From: Fibrobacterales bacterium
Lineage (GTDB): Bacteria; Fibrobacterota; Fibrobacteria; Fibrobacterales; JAOPTW01
Reading direction: 5' to 3'
Length of the DNA: 57,131 nt
Assembly (NCBI GenBank): GCA_051532055.1
Contig: JAOPTX010000013.1
Span: forward strand, 1 to 57,131
The notes beneath the pieces are model-generated. The model saw only the letters and a list, made by a program, of their open reading frames with translations. It did no database searches and was not told where the DNA came from. Shown in pieces: positions 38,473-51,180 of the stretch (the first letter of the stretch is position 1; each line of letters starts with the position of its first letter). Made by a program: the position numbers and the translations under genes.

Positions 38473-41082
38473 ATGGGATTTATACTTCTTGCAGTGACAT
38501 TTTTTGCTCTTCTTATCAGTGGCTGTAGCCCTGATATCACTACTCAATCAAGAGGATATGTCATTACTATTGAAAACCAGTCCTCGCTTACTGTCGATAG
38601 TATTGTAATAACTAAAAGTGTCGGTATGGATACCACGACCACTACATTAGTCCCTGATGAGTTTACACTCTCATATATCAGTAACGACTCTACCTCTGAC
38701 TCTACTCAGCAGATAATTGTTGATTTTACCATTGACGCCAATCAATCCCAAGAAATTTACGTTTCCTACAGCTGTTACAATAACGATATTGTTATTATCA
38801 ATAAAACTTCTCATTTCAGTATAACCGATAAATCTGTAACAAAAATAGGCGGAGTTAGGCCACTAGTAATCACAACCCTTGAAAACTATGACTCACTGAG
38901 AACTCAGGAGGCAACTCAGGACAGTCTACTGTTCGATTCACTCTTTATAGCTGGGATCATTAATGGAGACTCCAGCGAACCGCGTACACTCTTTGATGCA
39001 TACCTCGAGCGCCCCACCAGTGATTCAGCCACACTTCTTAATTCTTTGCTCGACACACTAGACGGACGAAACACCCTCTATGCCAACACAGTATTAATTC
39101 AAATGCTCAATATTGATCTAGACGCTATTGTGAATTTAATTGCCGAACGAAATTCAAATGAATCGTCCTCTTCAGAAAATTTGACAACTGACCCACCTTC
39201 TTCATCTGGAGAGATCCCCAATTCTTCAGCCCCCACTCTCTCTTCTAACAATACACTACTATCATCCTCCGCGTTAAGTGCATCATCTTCAGTAGCGGTC
39301 TCTTCTGCAGTAAGTTTTTCATCGTCAGCAGCTGGTTCCTCTACAGTAAGTTCAACTGAAACGACCCCAGTAATAAAACCACCGGTTACCTTTTCATTTC
39401 TCGGTACACTCACTGGTAATATTGATTCTACCAAAATGATAACAATTCTCATTACGGGGGAATCTCTTGACTCTGCCATTACAGTGAGCACTGCATTTGA
39501 TACTGAACTTGCTGAATACTCAGGCCATGCATCTCTAGATACTTCCGCAGGAACCACATTTTTAGCTCAGGTACTTGTCTATGATACTCAAAGTCGTCTA
39601 ACTGGTTTTAAGGAAAAATTATTCAGCACACTCTCATATTCCGTACATATTGCTGGATTTTCTTCAATCAATTCCCTCCCTTGGGCCACCATTGACCCAA
39701 TAGCGAATGCATCGATTAATGATGCTATCACGGTAACGAGTCAAATGGGTGATTCCCTCAGAGGAGGCAGTATTTCAAAAGTTGAGTGGCGCGACGGTAA
39801 TGGTTCATACACTGTTCAATCTGATTCTACTTACACCCTTACTCTTCCAGATACCGCAAACCCTGCGTACCCTCTCTATGTACGAGTCACCGACTCTGAC
39901 GATAATACTTATGTCGATTCACTCACAATGAACATACTCCAAGATGCACCCATCATAAGTGTTTCTGCAGGGGATAGTACTCTAGGAGTGTCTGATGACA
40001 TTAATATACATTGGCAGGCTACTGACCAATACGGTTCAGTTGTCACGTATTTCTTTAAGCCATCTCATGAGAACAATTGGCAAAATATTGGAACCGATAC
40101 ATCAATTACTATTGCAAGTACCGGCGTTATTGGTACCTATCATTACCTCATTATGGCTGAGGATGATGATGGAAATTCTAGTATCGATAGTGTCGAAGTA
40201 CAGGTTATGAATACTCCTCCTATACTCAGATCACATGAATTCAGTATTAGCGAAAACAAACTGGCTGGATCAGATCTGGTTACATTAGTCGCAGACGATC
40301 AAGACGGCGATGCTCAAACCTTCTCGATTGTGGGAGGTAATGCACAAGCATATTTCACCCTAAGCCAAACAGGGGGCCTCAGTACCAATGCACTATTAGA
40401 CTATGAAACACTCCCAATTTGCTCTCTTCAAGTAGAGGTAGCCGACAAGGTGGCCTCAACTACTGGATGGGTAATAATTCCTCTAATAGATGAGAATGAG
40501 CCCTTTGTGCTTAATGGAGACCCCGTATTTAACCCACTCGCTTGGCAAGAAGACATTGTACTTCCCTTAAACTTTAGCGTAACAGATGCAGATGCTACCC
40601 CTGTGGTCTGGTCTATTGAAGCGGGGCATGGTCCATCTCTTGGAACCATCACCGGACTTGGGGCCGCTGACTCTATTCAACTGGTATATACACCAACCCT
40701 CAATGCTTCGGGCCCTGAACTCTTTACTCTAACAATTACCGATGGCGTGCAGGTACAAGAACTTGAAATTTCAATTTTACTTAACCCAGTCGATGATCCT
40801 ACTATATTTACCACCAAACCGTCACTCAATAGAAATGGTACCGTAGCGCCAGGAGATCAATTAACCGTAGATATTGGCGTCTGTGAAGACGCTGACAACA
40901 CGGTAACAACCCATGTTGAATGGATGAGAGAAGGGTTTGTAAAAGTCGGTTCGGGAACATCCTACACCGTTACAGATGATGATGCGGGCATGCCACTTGC
41001 AGCACGGGTAACCTGTACCGGTGAGCGTGACGTTTATGGCTGGAGTAGTTTTGTCAATGTAGATTTTCTTGTGTCTCCATAA
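38473..41082 (+). CDS. Large surface lipoprotein with Ser-rich linker, Ig-like, cadherin-like and AIR9-type domains
   Basis: Lipobox ISGC; ISEN...ADDQDG...LDYET...DENE cadherin signature; VNPVDD-type tandem-95 motif (LNPVDDP); SYTVTDDDAG. Confidence 0.8.
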   Translation: MGFILLAVTFFALLISGCSPDITTQSRGYVITIENQSSLTVDSIVITKSVGMDTTTTTLVPDEFTLSYISNDSTSDSTQQIIVDFTIDANQSQEIYVSYSCYNNDIVIINKTSHFSITDKSVTKIGGVRPLVITTLENYDSLRTQEATQDSLLFDSLFIAGIINGDSSEPRTLFDAYLERPTSDSATLLNSLLDTLDGRNTLYANTVLIQMLNIDLDAIVNLIAERNSNESSSSENLTTDPPSSSGEIPNSSAPTLSSNNTLLSSSALSASSSVAVSSAVSFSSSAAGSSTVSSTETTPVIKPPVTFSFLGTLTGNIDSTKMITILITGESLDSAITVSTAFDTELAEYSGHASLDTSAGTTFLAQVLVYDTQSRLTGFKEKLFSTLSYSVHIAGFSSINSLPWATIDPIANASINDAITVTSQMGDSLRGGSISKVEWRDGNGSYTVQSDSTYTLTLPDTANPAYPLYVRVTDSDDNTYVDSLTMNILQDAPIISVSAGDSTLGVSDDINIHWQATDQYGSVVTYFFKPSHENNWQNIGTDTSITIASTGVIGTYHYLIMAEDDDGNSSIDSVEVQVMNTPPILRSHEFSISENKLAGSDLVTLVADDQDGDAQTFSIVGGNAQAYFTLSQTGGLSTNALLDYETLPICSLQVEVADKVASTTGWVIIPLIDENEPFVLNGDPVFNPLAWQEDIVLPLNFSVTDADATPVVWSIEAGHGPSLGTITGLGAADSIQLVYTPTLNASGPELFTLTITDGVQVQELEISILLNPVDDPTIFTTKPSLNRNGTVAPGDQLTVDIGVCEDADNTVTTHVEWMREGFVKVGSGTSYTVTDDDAGMPLAARVTCTGERDVYGWSSFVNVDFLVSP

Positions 41083-41089
41083 GTAAATC

Positions 41090-41325
41090 TATACGATTTT
41101 CAGAACCAAAATTACCGATGGTACAGCTACCACTATTGATACCAATGCGAATATCAATTCCCATTTCACCAGAGACTTCAATCATTCGTTTAGCCATTCG
41201 CAGACACTGCAATGCATCTTCGGCCTCACCCTTTGTGCGAGGACCTCAATACGAGCAATTAACTCTTGAGGGTTAAAAGGCTTTGTTATGTAGTCAACTC
41301 CACCAGGCGCTGCTTTACTTATAGT
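41090..41325 (-). pseudogene. Internally deleted remnant of a paralog of the REC-adenylate cyclase gene at 45170-46171
   Basis: Three DNA blocks match about 45357-45513, 45828-45897 and 46074-46105 in order. The intervening sequence is missing and there is a frameshift. Confidence 0.92.
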
Positions 41326-41380
41326 ATTAGTGTTATCAGGAACATCTCTGGATGAAAAAGGAGATTAATTGTCAGTGCAT

Positions 41381-44300
41381 TCAACTCTCAATATTTTCTA
41401 GAAGATCAATTGCGGTATCGTAAACATATTCGTCAATTGCAGTTTGTAACGCGAGCATATCTTCTGTTTTGATTTGTGCAGCAAGCCACGGCTTTAATGT
41501 TTTAAAAGTTGCATCACTATTAACACTGTACTCTTCTAACTCAACTTTTAATCGGGCCAGTAAAACCTTAGGATCTATATCGTTTGGTTTATCAGTATTG
41601 GAAACACCCATACTATCGAGGTTTTCTGAAATACTTTCAAAAATCGTTTTTAATTCCCTGCCTATTGTTCCCAGGTGACTTTCTATTATTGCTCTATCTG
41701 GTGAAGGCTCTTTCAAAAACACCTCTAAACGACGTACTCTATCAAATATACGTTCCGCCCCAATATTCCCAGCGACTCCTTTAAGAGAATGAGCAATTCT
41801 TGCGGCAGCTTCAAAATCTCCGGCCTCAATAGGATGGATAATATCATTCATAAAACGTTGATTATTATCCATGAATTTTTTTAATAAGGCGGTGTATAAC
41901 TTCCTGTTTCCGGCTACTCGATTTATACCATCAACGGTATTTATACCTGTAACTTCTAACGCTGTTGCATCAGTATTTTTAGATAGGGTACTTTGTTGCC
42001 CCCCTTTTAAACGGTCACCTTCAGATATTTCATCACTATCTACAAACTGTAACAGATGATCAAAAAGTATTGATACATCGATAGGTTTTGTAATATAGCC
42101 ATTCATACCTACTGAATAGACCTCTTCTTCAACACCACTCATTGCATCTGCAGTCATAGCGATAATTGGAAGTCCGTTCCCATATTTTTTACGAATATGA
42201 GTAGTCGCCTCAATCCCACCCATGCCTGGCATTTGTAAATCCATCAATATTAAATGAAAATCTCTATCTCTATTCAATACATCCAAAGCATGTTGTCCAG
42301 AGTCCGCAATAGTAACCAGTAATCCTTCGGCCTCAAGTAATTCCTGTGCAACTTGTTGATTAATTTCATTGTCTTCAACTAAAAGTATTGATGCTCCACG
42401 GATCCTTTCAACGTTTGGGATACTATGAGTCTTGTTGAATCTTTTCGGACTGAGTTCTGTGAAATTAAACACTTCTAGTATAGTGTCGTAAATCAATGAC
42501 TGTCCCACCGGCTTTAATAAGAAGCTATCCAGCAAGAGGCTATCGCTCTGGTCCTTAATTTCTTCTCGCCCATAACTGGTTACCAAAACTATTTTAGGCT
42601 GTACTACCAAGTTCATTCCTTTGACCTCACGGGCAACTTCTATGCCATTCATTCCAGGCATTTGCCAATCCAAAAATATTACTTGATAGGCGGTCTCTTC
42701 ATCATTATTCTTTTGAGCTACCATCTCAAGTGCGTGTATCCCATCAGATACACAGGTCGCATCAATAGAAAAATCCCTCAAATAAGCATCCATGACTTGT
42801 AAGGCGGAGTCATTGTCATCAACGACTAATACTTTCATTCCTTCTATCCCATCAGGTATGACATATTTTTGTTCAATAATTGCATCACTAATTTTAAACA
42901 CTGCATTAAAAAAGAAACAACTCCCTTCACCTTTTTTACTGGTAACTCCAATTTCGCCTCCCATCATTTCAGTAAGCCGCTTGGAAATACTGAGACCGAG
43001 GCCGGTACCACCAAATTTTCGAGTAGTTGAGCTATCAGCTTGCGTGAATGCCTTAAAAAGTTTTTCTTGCTGTGCATCAGTCATGCCAATCCCCGTATCA
43101 GTAATACTAAAGCCCAGCTTAATAAAGTCATCACCCTTCTCTTCACTCGTAATATTAAACTTAATTTCACCTGATTCGGTAAACTTGAGAGCATTATTGG
43201 CCAAATTTAATAGCACCTGACCAAGTCTCAATGGGTCTCCTACCAAGACTGGTGGTATTTCCGGGGCTACAGAGAATATTAGTTCAATGTCTCGTTCCTG
43301 CGCTTTCATTAAGATCATATTTGATACATTATCAATAACAGTCTCCAACTCAAAATCTATCTCTTCTATATCGAGTTTACCCGCCTCAATTTTTGAGAAA
43401 TCAAGTATGTCATTTATTATCCCTAATAGGCCTTGGGCTGATTCACCGATTTTGTGTACATAATCCACTTGTTTATCAGTGAGCGTTGTTTTTGCAAGAA
43501 GGTGATTAAGCCCTAACACTGCGTTCATTGGCGTACGAATTTCATGGGACATATTGGCAAGAAAGTGTGATTTTGCCTCATTCGCAGATTCAGCCTCAAC
43601 TTTTGCTTTTTCAAACTCTTCTGTGCGCTCGGCAACTTTTTCTTCAAGTTCATTCATTGATACTGCTTGTACTTTAGTGAGAGTCTGAACTTGTATCATA
43701 TTATCTCTAAAAATGGTTACGGCCTTTGCCATATCACCAATTTCATCATTGTTGTCGGTATAGGGAATCTCTACGACTGTATTCCCTTTAGCTAATACAT
43801 CCAAAGCAAGGTTAATCTTTTTAAAAGGTTGTGCCACTTTTACCCCTGTAAGCCAGATGATACCCCCACCGAACACTAAAGAAATAAGCGAGACAAAAAT
43901 CATTATGTTAACCCCACGGTTTACCGATTGTTCGGCAATTGGTCCCAGTTCATCTTGTTGATCTTTAAGTGATAACTTAAGTTGCTCAATCTCATTTGCT
44001 ACACTGGGCCCTATTTTATCCAACTTGTTTATAATAAGATTATTGCGATTTGAAATCGATTGGTACACTTCATTAAATGCATCACGATATGTTTTCTGGT
44101 CTTTCTTAACTCTTTTAGCAAGTAATAGACGATAGGGATTTTCAAGATGATCTATTAGCTCATTTAACTCAGTTTCCATATTTTCAAATTCAACTTCAAC
44201 ACGCTTAAAAGACTGTTTATCATTTTGGACAAGATACCGTGTTGCATAGATGCGTGCAAGCAACATGCTTCGTAGTGTCATCCCTGCCCAATATGAAGCT

Positions 44301-44785
44301 TCATTATCTGAATCTGCAAAAGCACTGGCCATTATTGTAGTAAGCCCCCTCTCCATATTTGGGCCAATAATATTAAGAGTATTTAAGACAAGGTCATCTC
44401 TTGTTGCGTGTTTTTTCACTACCTCTCCAAAAATAAGGACGTAGTCATCAAGTTCATTATTGAGAATATGTACCATACTATTTTCTAAAGAATCTAATTC
44501 GAGGGCATGAGCTTCTTCTATCATTTTTATTGTTTTCTTTGCACGAGCAGTAACCCCTTTGATATTATCTTCACTGGGGTTAATGATAAAATTCTTAACA
44601 TACAGCCGTGTCATAAGCATATTTGCCTGAATCCGACCATCAGCATTAGTTCTTCGGGCCAAGGACCGATATTCCTTAAAATTATTATTTGCGTCAGAGA
44701 GACTGTATATTCCTGTTCCGGCTAGTGTGACCAACAACACTATAACTGTTCCTAACCCAATGAATACTTTCGACCATAGCTTCAT
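41381..44785 (-). CDS. Hybrid histidine kinase: TM - helical (HBM-like) sensor - TM - HAMP - HisKA - HATPase - REC - REC - Hpt
   Basis: Two TM segments; [47 protein letters not shown]; two REC domains; [13 protein letters not shown]pt. Confidence 0.93.
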   Translation of the reverse strand: MKLWSKVFIGLGTVIVLLVTLAGTGIYSLSDANNNFKEYRSLARRTNADGRIQANMLMTRLYVKNFIINPSEDNIKGVTARAKKTIKMIEEAHALELDSLENSMVHILNNELDDYVLIFGEVVKKHATRDDLVLNTLNIIGPNMERGLTTIMASAFADSDNEASYWAGMTLRSMLLARIYATRYLVQNDKQSFKRVEVEFENMETELNELIDHLENPYRLLLAKRVKKDQKTYRDAFNEVYQSISNRNNLIINKLDKIGPSVANEIEQLKLSLKDQQDELGPIAEQSVNRGVNIMIFVSLISLVFGGGIIWLTGVKVAQPFKKINLALDVLAKGNTVVEIPYTDNNDEIGDMAKAVTIFRDNMIQVQTLTKVQAVSMNELEEKVAERTEEFEKAKVEAESANEAKSHFLANMSHEIRTPMNAVLGLNHLLAKTTLTDKQVDYVHKIGESAQGLLGIINDILDFSKIEAGKLDIEEIDFELETVIDNVSNMILMKAQERDIELIFSVAPEIPPVLVGDPLRLGQVLLNLANNALKFTESGEIKFNITSEEKGDDFIKLGFSITDTGIGMTDAQQEKLFKAFTQADSSTTRKFGGTGLGLSISKRLTEMMGGEIGVTSKKGEGSCFFFNAVFKISDAIIEQKYVIPDGIEGMKVLVVDDNDSALQVMDAYLRDFSIDATCVSDGIHALEMVAQKNNDEETAYQVIFLDWQMPGMNGIEVAREVKGMNLVVQPKIVLVTSYGREEIKDQSDSLLLDSFLLKPVGQSLIYDTILEVFNFTELSPKRFNKTHSIPNVERIRGASILLVEDNEINQQVAQELLEAEGLLVTIADSGQHALDVLNRDRDFHLILMDLQMPGMGGIEATTHIRKKYGNGLPIIAMTADAMSGVEEEVYSVGMNGYITKPIDVSILFDHLLQFVDSDEISEGDRLKGGQQSTLSKNTDATALEVTGINTVDGINRVAGNRKLYTALLKKFMDNNQRFMNDIIHPIEAGDFEAAARIAHSLKGVAGNIGAERIFDRVRRLEVFLKEPSPDRAIIESHLGTIGRELKTIFESISENLDSMGVSNTDKPNDIDPKVLLARLKVELEEYSVNSDATFKTLKPWLAAQIKTEDMLALQTAIDEYVYDTAIDLLENIES

Positions 44786-45169
44786 ACTGATCCTTCTCAG
44801 TAACTTTTTTTAAATAGTTAATTACACTGACGAATCAACTATTTATTGCTCCCTTTAGTCTATAACTATTCATCAAATTATGCATCTCTTAATAGTGCTC
44901 GGACCCTTAGAAACAATGCAATAATGAGTTTTTTCAAGGGTAATACCCCGATTTAAAGACACTATCGACGATTCGACTCTAGTTTTATAAACTAGTAAAA
45001 AATAAAATATTTTCTAAACGCAGTATGGTACTCTTAAATGATACCACAACTCTATTCGATGTGTAAAGGATTAACAAAATATTACAACGTCTTTCTGGGT
45101 TCGTAGTCATTTCTGTGAATGCAATAATTTACTGAAGAGTCTTTAAACGGAGCTTTGATTAAATATTTT

Positions 45170-46171
45170 TTACTCCACCCAAAAAGTCCGTATAGGCTGC
45201 TTAATGTTTTTTACAATAATCTCACCTCGCTCAATACAATTAATCTCATCTTTTACCATATCCCAGGTTGACTCTGATATAAGAATGCGCCCCGGCTCAG
45301 AATTACTTTCAAGGCGCGCAGCTACATTCACCTCATTACCCAGAATACTGTAATCCATACGGTTTTCAGAACCGAAATTACCGATGGTACAGCTACCACT
45401 ATTAATACCAATTCGGATATCAATCCCCATTTCACCAGAGACTTCAATCATTCGTTTTGCCATACGTAAACATAGTAACGCATCTTCTGTCTCACCCTTT
45501 GTTCGCGGATCTCCAAAAAACACCATAACCGCATCGCCAATAAACTTATCAAGGGTGCCTCCAAACTCTATAGTGAGTTCGGCCATAGCATTGAGGTAGC
45601 GATTAAGCCAATGGGTGAGTTCTTCGTGATTCATACTCTCAACGGTACCCGAAAAATTTACAATGTCACTAAAGAATACTGTTAAATTTTTGGTTGCTGA
45701 ACCAAGGACTACAGAGCGTGCACCAGTAAATATTGAACTATATACTTCTGGAGACATATACTTTCCCAGTTGCTCCGCAATGAGCTGCATCTGTTGCTTT
45801 TGACCTACAATAGTAAGATGGGTTTCTATGCGCGCAATTAATTCTCGAGGGTTAAAAGGCTTTGTTATGTAGTCAACCCCACCCGCCTCAAATCCTTGGG
45901 TAATATGTTTTTCATCGGTATGCGATGTGACAAAAATTATGGGAATGTCACGTGTTTCCGGATCTTTTTTAAGCATTCGAGTCACCGTTAACCCATCAAT
46001 ATCAGGCATTGAAAGATCAAGAAGTACGAGGTCCGGTTTTTCTTTGAGTTGCATTATTTTAATTGCAGCCTTTCCGCCAGGTGCTGCCTTACACTTATAA
46101 TGATTAGAGAGAACTCCTCTTAAGAAGTCAATATTTTCACTCTGATCATCTACTATAAGTATCGTTTGCAT
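45170..46171 (-). CDS. Response regulator fused to class III adenylate cyclase
   Basis: REC (ILIVDD, LLDLSMP, KPF) plus FFSDIVNFS, DKFIGDAVM, GINSG, MDYSILG and NVAARLE. The Lys/Asp specificity pair indicates ATP. Confidence 0.93.
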   Translation of the reverse strand: MQTILIVDDQSENIDFLRGVLSNHYKCKAAPGGKAAIKIMQLKEKPDLVLLDLSMPDIDGLTVTRMLKKDPETRDIPIIFVTSHTDEKHITQGFEAGGVDYITKPFNPRELIARIETHLTIVGQKQQMQLIAEQLGKYMSPEVYSSIFTGARSVVLGSATKNLTVFFSDIVNFSGTVESMNHEELTHWLNRYLNAMAELTIEFGGTLDKFIGDAVMVFFGDPRTKGETEDALLCLRMAKRMIEVSGEMGIDIRIGINSGSCTIGNFGSENRMDYSILGNEVNVAARLESNSEPGRILISESTWDMVKDEINCIERGEIIVKNIKQPIRTFWVE

Positions 46172-46173
46172 GA

Positions 46174-49100
46174 TTAGCTCTCAACCTTTTTTAATAGAGA
46201 AACGACAATATCGTACTCATAGTCATCCATAGCCGATTGCATTGCACTCACATCTTCTTCCGACAACTGCTCTGTAAGCCATGACTTCAGTGCCTCAAAC
46301 GTTGCGCCACTCTCAGTACTATACTCCTCTAATTCATTTCTTAATCGAGTCACTAGAATTGCCGGATCTTCTACTGTAGGCTCAGCATTTTTTGCCACCC
46401 TCATAACATCGATATTTTCAGAAATACCCTCAAATACAATGCTCAGCTCTTTTTCTACTGCTTTTAAATAACTTTTGATAGTACTACTATCTGTGGTGGC
46501 ACCTTTTAATGCGTCATCTAAAACACGTACCGCATTAAAGAGTAATTCTGCTCCAATATTTCCCGCAACACCTTTAAGGGCATGCGCAATTTTTTCTGCA
46601 GCATCAAAATCATCCGAATCAATAGTGCGCATAATATCATTCATAAAATTTCTATTGTTATCAATGAACTTGTTGAGTAAAGAGTAATACAACTCTCTAT
46701 TTCCCGCTACTCGATTGATACCCTCAACCGTATTGATTCCCGCTATCTCTAGTGCAGGTAATTCTTCATTTGATTTTTCTGTAGAAATTTGTTGCACTCC
46801 CTGCTGTCGATTATCTTCAGATATATCATTAGGGTCTACAAAGGTTCGAAGGTTCTCAAACAGCACCGCTACATCAATAGGTTTTGTAATATACCCATTC
46901 ATGCCTACGGAATATACATCCGCCTCAACACCGCTCATCGCGTCTGCGGTCATAGCTAAAATCGGCAAGGCATCTCCATATAATTTTCGAATTTGAATAG
47001 TTGCTTCGAACCCATCCATTCCTGGCATTTGCAGATCCATTAATATCAATTGAAAACCTTGCTCTACTTCCAATATATCCAAAGCTTCTTGACCAGAATT
47101 AGCTATAGTAACCAAAAGTCCCTCTGCTTCAAGGAGTTCCTGAGCAACCTGTTGATTGATTTCATTGTCCTCTACAAGGAGTATTGATGCACCGCATATC
47201 TTTTCAATCTTTGGATTTACTTGAGTTTTACGGAGGCGTTTAGGCCGCAAATCAGCAAAATTAAACACTTGTAATAGAGTATCATAGATCAATGACTGCC
47301 CTACTGGTTTTAATAAGAAGCTATCTAGTTTTAAGGAGTCACTTTGTTGTTTAATTTCTTCCCGTCCGTAGCTAGTAAGTAGTACTATTTTAGGCTGTAC
47401 GACCAACGCCATCTCCTTGACTCTTCGCGCAACCTCGATACCATCCATCTGAGGCATTTTCCAATCTAAAAAGACCACTCGATAGGCTGTCTCTTCATCA
47501 GTATTCATTTGAGAGATAAAATCAAGAGCTTGAGGACCATCTGATGCACAGGTGGTATTAATAGAGAAGTCATTTAAATACGCCTCCATAACTTTTAAGG
47601 CTGAATCATTATCATCAACAACTAACACATTCATACCGACTATTCCATCTGGGATAATATACTTATGCTCAATGGGTGATTCACTATATTTGAAAACTGC
47701 AGTAAAATAGAATTTACTCCCCTCACCCTCTTTACTCATAACCCCTATTTCACCACCCATCATCTCACTGAGTCGTTTTGAGATACTTAAGCCCAGTCCA
47801 GTCCCTCCAAATTTACGTGTAGTTGAGGTATCTGCTTGAGAAAATGCCTGAAACAGTTTCCCTTGCTGTTCTTCTGTCATACCAATACCTGTATCGGTAA
47901 CTGCAAACCCCAATCTAGTGTGATCTGTATTTTTTTGTTCCACCTGTATTTCTATTTTTATTTCACCCGAATCAGTAAATTTTAGAGCATTATTTGCCAG
48001 GTTTAACAATATCTGACCGAGCCGCAATGGATCGCCCACCAACATCGGTGGTATATCAGGTGCAATAGAGAATATCAGTTCAATTCCTTTCTCCTGAGAT
48101 TTTAGTGAAATCATATTTGATAAATAATCAATAACAGTATCAAGCTCAAAATCAATTTCTTCAATATCGAGTTTACCTGCCTCAATTTTTGAGAAGTCAA
48201 GAATGTCATTGATTATTCCGAGTAAACCTTGAGCTGACTCACCTATTTTATAGACATAGTCACCTTGTTTATCGGTGAGGCTTGTTCTAGAAAGAAGGTG
48301 GTTCAACCCCATGACTGCATTCATTGGGGTACGAATTTCATGTGACATATTAGCAAGAAAATTTGATTTTGCCTGATTCGCAATTTCGGCCTCCACTTTT
48401 GCATTTTCAAACTCTACTGTTCGTTCCGCCACTTTACTTTCAAGTTTTTTATAATAGGTTCCCAATTGTGTACTCATAGTATTAAATGTTTTTGATAAAA
48501 CCCCAATCTCATCATGACTGTCAATATTCAGCTTCTGGTTGATATCACCGCCCGCTATTTTTTCTGCAACTTGAGTTAACTCATTAATAGGAGACACGAC
48601 AAGTCTGGTAATCCAGTAGCTTATGGAGGAGATAACCAGTATGACCAAAATGACGAGAATAAATGCTATTTTCATCTCTTTTGTTGCGGCACTACTGTCA
48701 TTTACATACGTTGTTTTATTACGGAGTATATAGTCTTTTTGCCAGACAGTCAGTGTGGTTATCAGCGCTTCAAACTGCTGCCTTTCTGGTCCATTCGCAT
48801 TAATAAAAGCCGCCTCTCTATACCCGCCATTAATCTGATCTTTTGTATACAGAACTAATTTCCGGTATTGTTGCCACATTTCTCCCACATCATCAATCAC
48901 CACAGTATGACTCAGGTTTGTATCAGCTTTTAAGTATTGTAACTCTGTATCAATTTGTGTAATAAGGAGTTCCAGATTTGATGATGCTGACTCACGAAAA
49001 CGTTTATCTGGTGCCATCACTATTGACAGCGATGTTGCACGAAGAAAATTTAATGGTTGTATGAGACGAGAATTTAGTTTTTCGACCTGTTGTCCATTTT

Positions 49101-49245
49101 CAAATACATGTCTTAGACTTTCAAGTCCCTTCCTGCTTGACATGACATTATAATAACCGATGACAATCACCGTTAGAAGCGAAGAGAAAACAATGACTGA
49201 TACCTTTTTTCCAATTCGGGCATGTTTAAGAGAAAATCTATTCAT
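46174..49245 (-). CDS. Hybrid histidine kinase: TM - four-helix-bundle sensor - TM - HAMP - HisKA - HATPase - REC - REC - Hpt
   Basis: Two TM segments flanking an approximately 160-aa helical domain; [40 protein letters not shown]. Confidence 0.93.
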   Translation of the reverse strand: MNRFSLKHARIGKKVSVIVFSSLLTVIVIGYYNVMSSRKGLESLRHVFENGQQVEKLNSRLIQPLNFLRATSLSIVMAPDKRFRESASSNLELLITQIDTELQYLKADTNLSHTVVIDDVGEMWQQYRKLVLYTKDQINGGYREAAFINANGPERQQFEALITTLTVWQKDYILRNKTTYVNDSSAATKEMKIAFILVILVILVISSISYWITRLVVSPINELTQVAEKIAGGDINQKLNIDSHDEIGVLSKTFNTMSTQLGTYYKKLESKVAERTVEFENAKVEAEIANQAKSNFLANMSHEIRTPMNAVMGLNHLLSRTSLTDKQGDYVYKIGESAQGLLGIINDILDFSKIEAGKLDIEEIDFELDTVIDYLSNMISLKSQEKGIELIFSIAPDIPPMLVGDPLRLGQILLNLANNALKFTDSGEIKIEIQVEQKNTDHTRLGFAVTDTGIGMTEEQQGKLFQAFSQADTSTTRKFGGTGLGLSISKRLSEMMGGEIGVMSKEGEGSKFYFTAVFKYSESPIEHKYIIPDGIVGMNVLVVDDNDSALKVMEAYLNDFSINTTCASDGPQALDFISQMNTDEETAYRVVFLDWKMPQMDGIEVARRVKEMALVVQPKIVLLTSYGREEIKQQSDSLKLDSFLLKPVGQSLIYDTLLQVFNFADLRPKRLRKTQVNPKIEKICGASILLVEDNEINQQVAQELLEAEGLLVTIANSGQEALDILEVEQGFQLILMDLQMPGMDGFEATIQIRKLYGDALPILAMTADAMSGVEADVYSVGMNGYITKPIDVAVLFENLRTFVDPNDISEDNRQQGVQQISTEKSNEELPALEIAGINTVEGINRVAGNRELYYSLLNKFIDNNRNFMNDIMRTIDSDDFDAAEKIAHALKGVAGNIGAELLFNAVRVLDDALKGATTDSSTIKSYLKAVEKELSIVFEGISENIDVMRVAKNAEPTVEDPAILVTRLRNELEEYSTESGATFEALKSWLTEQLSEEDVSAMQSAMDDYEYDIVVSLLKKVES

Positions 49246-51178
49246 TACGAACCTCAGGCTCTATTTTAACAATTATACCATTACTATCTTCTTTGAAGTG
49301 AATGGGGGCTATTGGTTTTTTTAATCCATCTGAATAGTTTCCCTCACGGAGAGACCAGTGATCCTTTGTTACTTCTATTTCCCACAGCGGTATAACAGCC
49401 ATTTTCCATGGACTAAAAACCACTTCTTTGTTAACGGCCATAACTTTATTTGGAGCGGGTACAAAAAGCATATACCCATTTTTGTACGCATGATTGATAA
49501 TATCACTTACCGCTTGCTTATATTCTGGACTATCCTCTGATTGACGGAAAAAATTTTCAATGTAAGAGTCGCTGATTGGATCTGGTCCAATAGTACTCCA
49601 ATAGTTATGGCTTCGATAGACAAAAAATGCAGACCATGGGTGGTTGTGCCAGTCATCACAACCCCAGATAAGCAAGTCCCATTCTTTTGTATTTTCACCC
49701 GCATTGGTGGTAAGGAGCTGATCGAATACATATTTCTCCGTGTTGGTAATATCAAAGGTGAGCGTCACTCCAACTTTGTTTAATTGATACTCAATTCCTT
49801 TCCACAAAAACATGAAGTGGCGTTGTGTTATAATCTTCAGTTCAAGACCATCGAGAATTTTTTTGAGTTCCTCTTGCTTCTGAGGATTATATGGATTCTG
49901 AACTTCAGAGTACGCCTTCATACCTTTGAGAACACCTCGCACAACAGGAAACATAGGAGAAACTAATGTCGGCTTAATAAGACCCTCCTGGTCGTATACA
50001 AAGTTTAAAAGGTTTTCCTGATGCAGCGCTTGGTTGAGTGCAATTCTCACTTTTCTTTCACGGAGCCGCTTGTTACCTGTTCTCATATTGATATGAATTG
50101 CCCAGTTATTCGTAGATGGAGTCGTCTGGAGTTTACTGTATGGGGAGAGTATTGTTTCTACTTTTGCAGAAAAGGGAATAGGGGCAATATCTAAGATTCC
50201 CTCGCTCTGTGTTACCGCTTCAAGGGCTTTTTCCGGTTCAAACTCTGTATAGAGAGTCACTGTATCGATTTTTGGAAATTTTTTATTCCAGTACAGTGGA
50301 TTACGTTCCAGAACTACTTCTGATGTGCGTCGGTTTCCCTCGACATACCCTTTTTTGAGTATGTATGGTCCGAGGCCGTACAAACCTGGTTCAGCAAGAT
50401 TTGGTGCTGTTGCTTTGCCGTTCCATCCATATTTGGCAAGGTATTTTTCAGTATAAAACACAACCCATATAAGGTCTCTGATAAATAGGCTATACTTCTG
50501 TTTTAAATGCAACCGCACAGTGTAATTATCGACCTTCTCTGCATGTGAGTACACTTGGTCTATCTTGGTGAAGAGGTATGGTTTTTTCTTAAAGTACTTC
50601 ATGTTGAGTACAACAGCATCTGCATTAAATGGGGTTCCGTCTTGAAATACAACTCCTTGACGCAGCTTGAACTCATAACTAGTATCGCTCAGTTGTGTAT
50701 AGGATATTGCAAGGTCCCAATCCCAGCCTTGCGCATTATTTGCAGGTCTTACCAAAACACCATTTATTGAATGGGAAACATACAAATAAGGTAGACTGGG
50801 TAGAAAAACCTTAATGTGTGATTTCTTTTGTAATATACCACTGACCCGTTCTGGAGCATCATCATCCCGAAATTGTACCAAGGGGAATATTTTTTCACCA
50901 GCAAGCATACGTGTATGGTCACGGCTTAGAGTATTTTCTATCTGAAGATGATTTCCAGGATTTGCCCCTCCACCAGGATAACCTACATTGTTTTTAGAAT
51001 CATATTGAGCGACAGAATTTATGAGGTTTGCATGACTTTGAGAAATAGCCTGGAGCCCATGCATTTCATTAGTGATAGTAGTATAGTAGAGAATCAGACT
51101 TGATAGTACGACAATGGTTCCACCTATTGCAATAAGTGTTATAGATAATTTTGAAAAAGGTTTAACCATACCTTTCAT
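49238..51178 (-). CDS. Family-5 solute-binding protein with N-terminal membrane anchor / sensor-like fragment
   Basis: [22 protein letters not shown] signature; [18 protein letters not shown]. No permease or ATPase genes nearby. Confidence 0.88.
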   Translation of the reverse strand: MKGMVKPFSKLSITLIAIGGTIVVLSSLILYYTTITNEMHGLQAISQSHANLINSVAQYDSKNNVGYPGGGANPGNHLQIENTLSRDHTRMLAGEKIFPLVQFRDDDAPERVSGILQKKSHIKVFLPSLPYLYVSHSINGVLVRPANNAQGWDWDLAISYTQLSDTSYEFKLRQGVVFQDGTPFNADAVVLNMKYFKKKPYLFTKIDQVYSHAEKVDNYTVRLHLKQKYSLFIRDLIWVVFYTEKYLAKYGWNGKATAPNLAEPGLYGLGPYILKKGYVEGNRRTSEVVLERNPLYWNKKFPKIDTVTLYTEFEPEKALEAVTQSEGILDIAPIPFSAKVETILSPYSKLQTTPSTNNWAIHINMRTGNKRLRERKVRIALNQALHQENLLNFVYDQEGLIKPTLVSPMFPVVRGVLKGMKAYSEVQNPYNPQKQEELKKILDGLELKIITQRHFMFLWKGIEYQLNKVGVTLTFDITNTEKYVFDQLLTTNAGENTKEWDLLIWGCDDWHNHPWSAFFVYRSHNYWSTIGPDPISDSYIENFFRQSEDSPEYKQAVSDIINHAYKNGYMLFVPAPNKVMAVNKEVVFSPWKMAVIPLWEIEVTKDHWSLREGNYSDGLKKPIAPIHFKEDSNGIIVKIEPEVRNE

Positions 51179-51180
51179 AA

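Noticed and set aside
41090..41325. Possible DGR template repeat for the cyclase gene
   Set aside because: Mismatches are of all types and mostly synonymous, not adenine-specific. No reverse transcriptase is present in the window.
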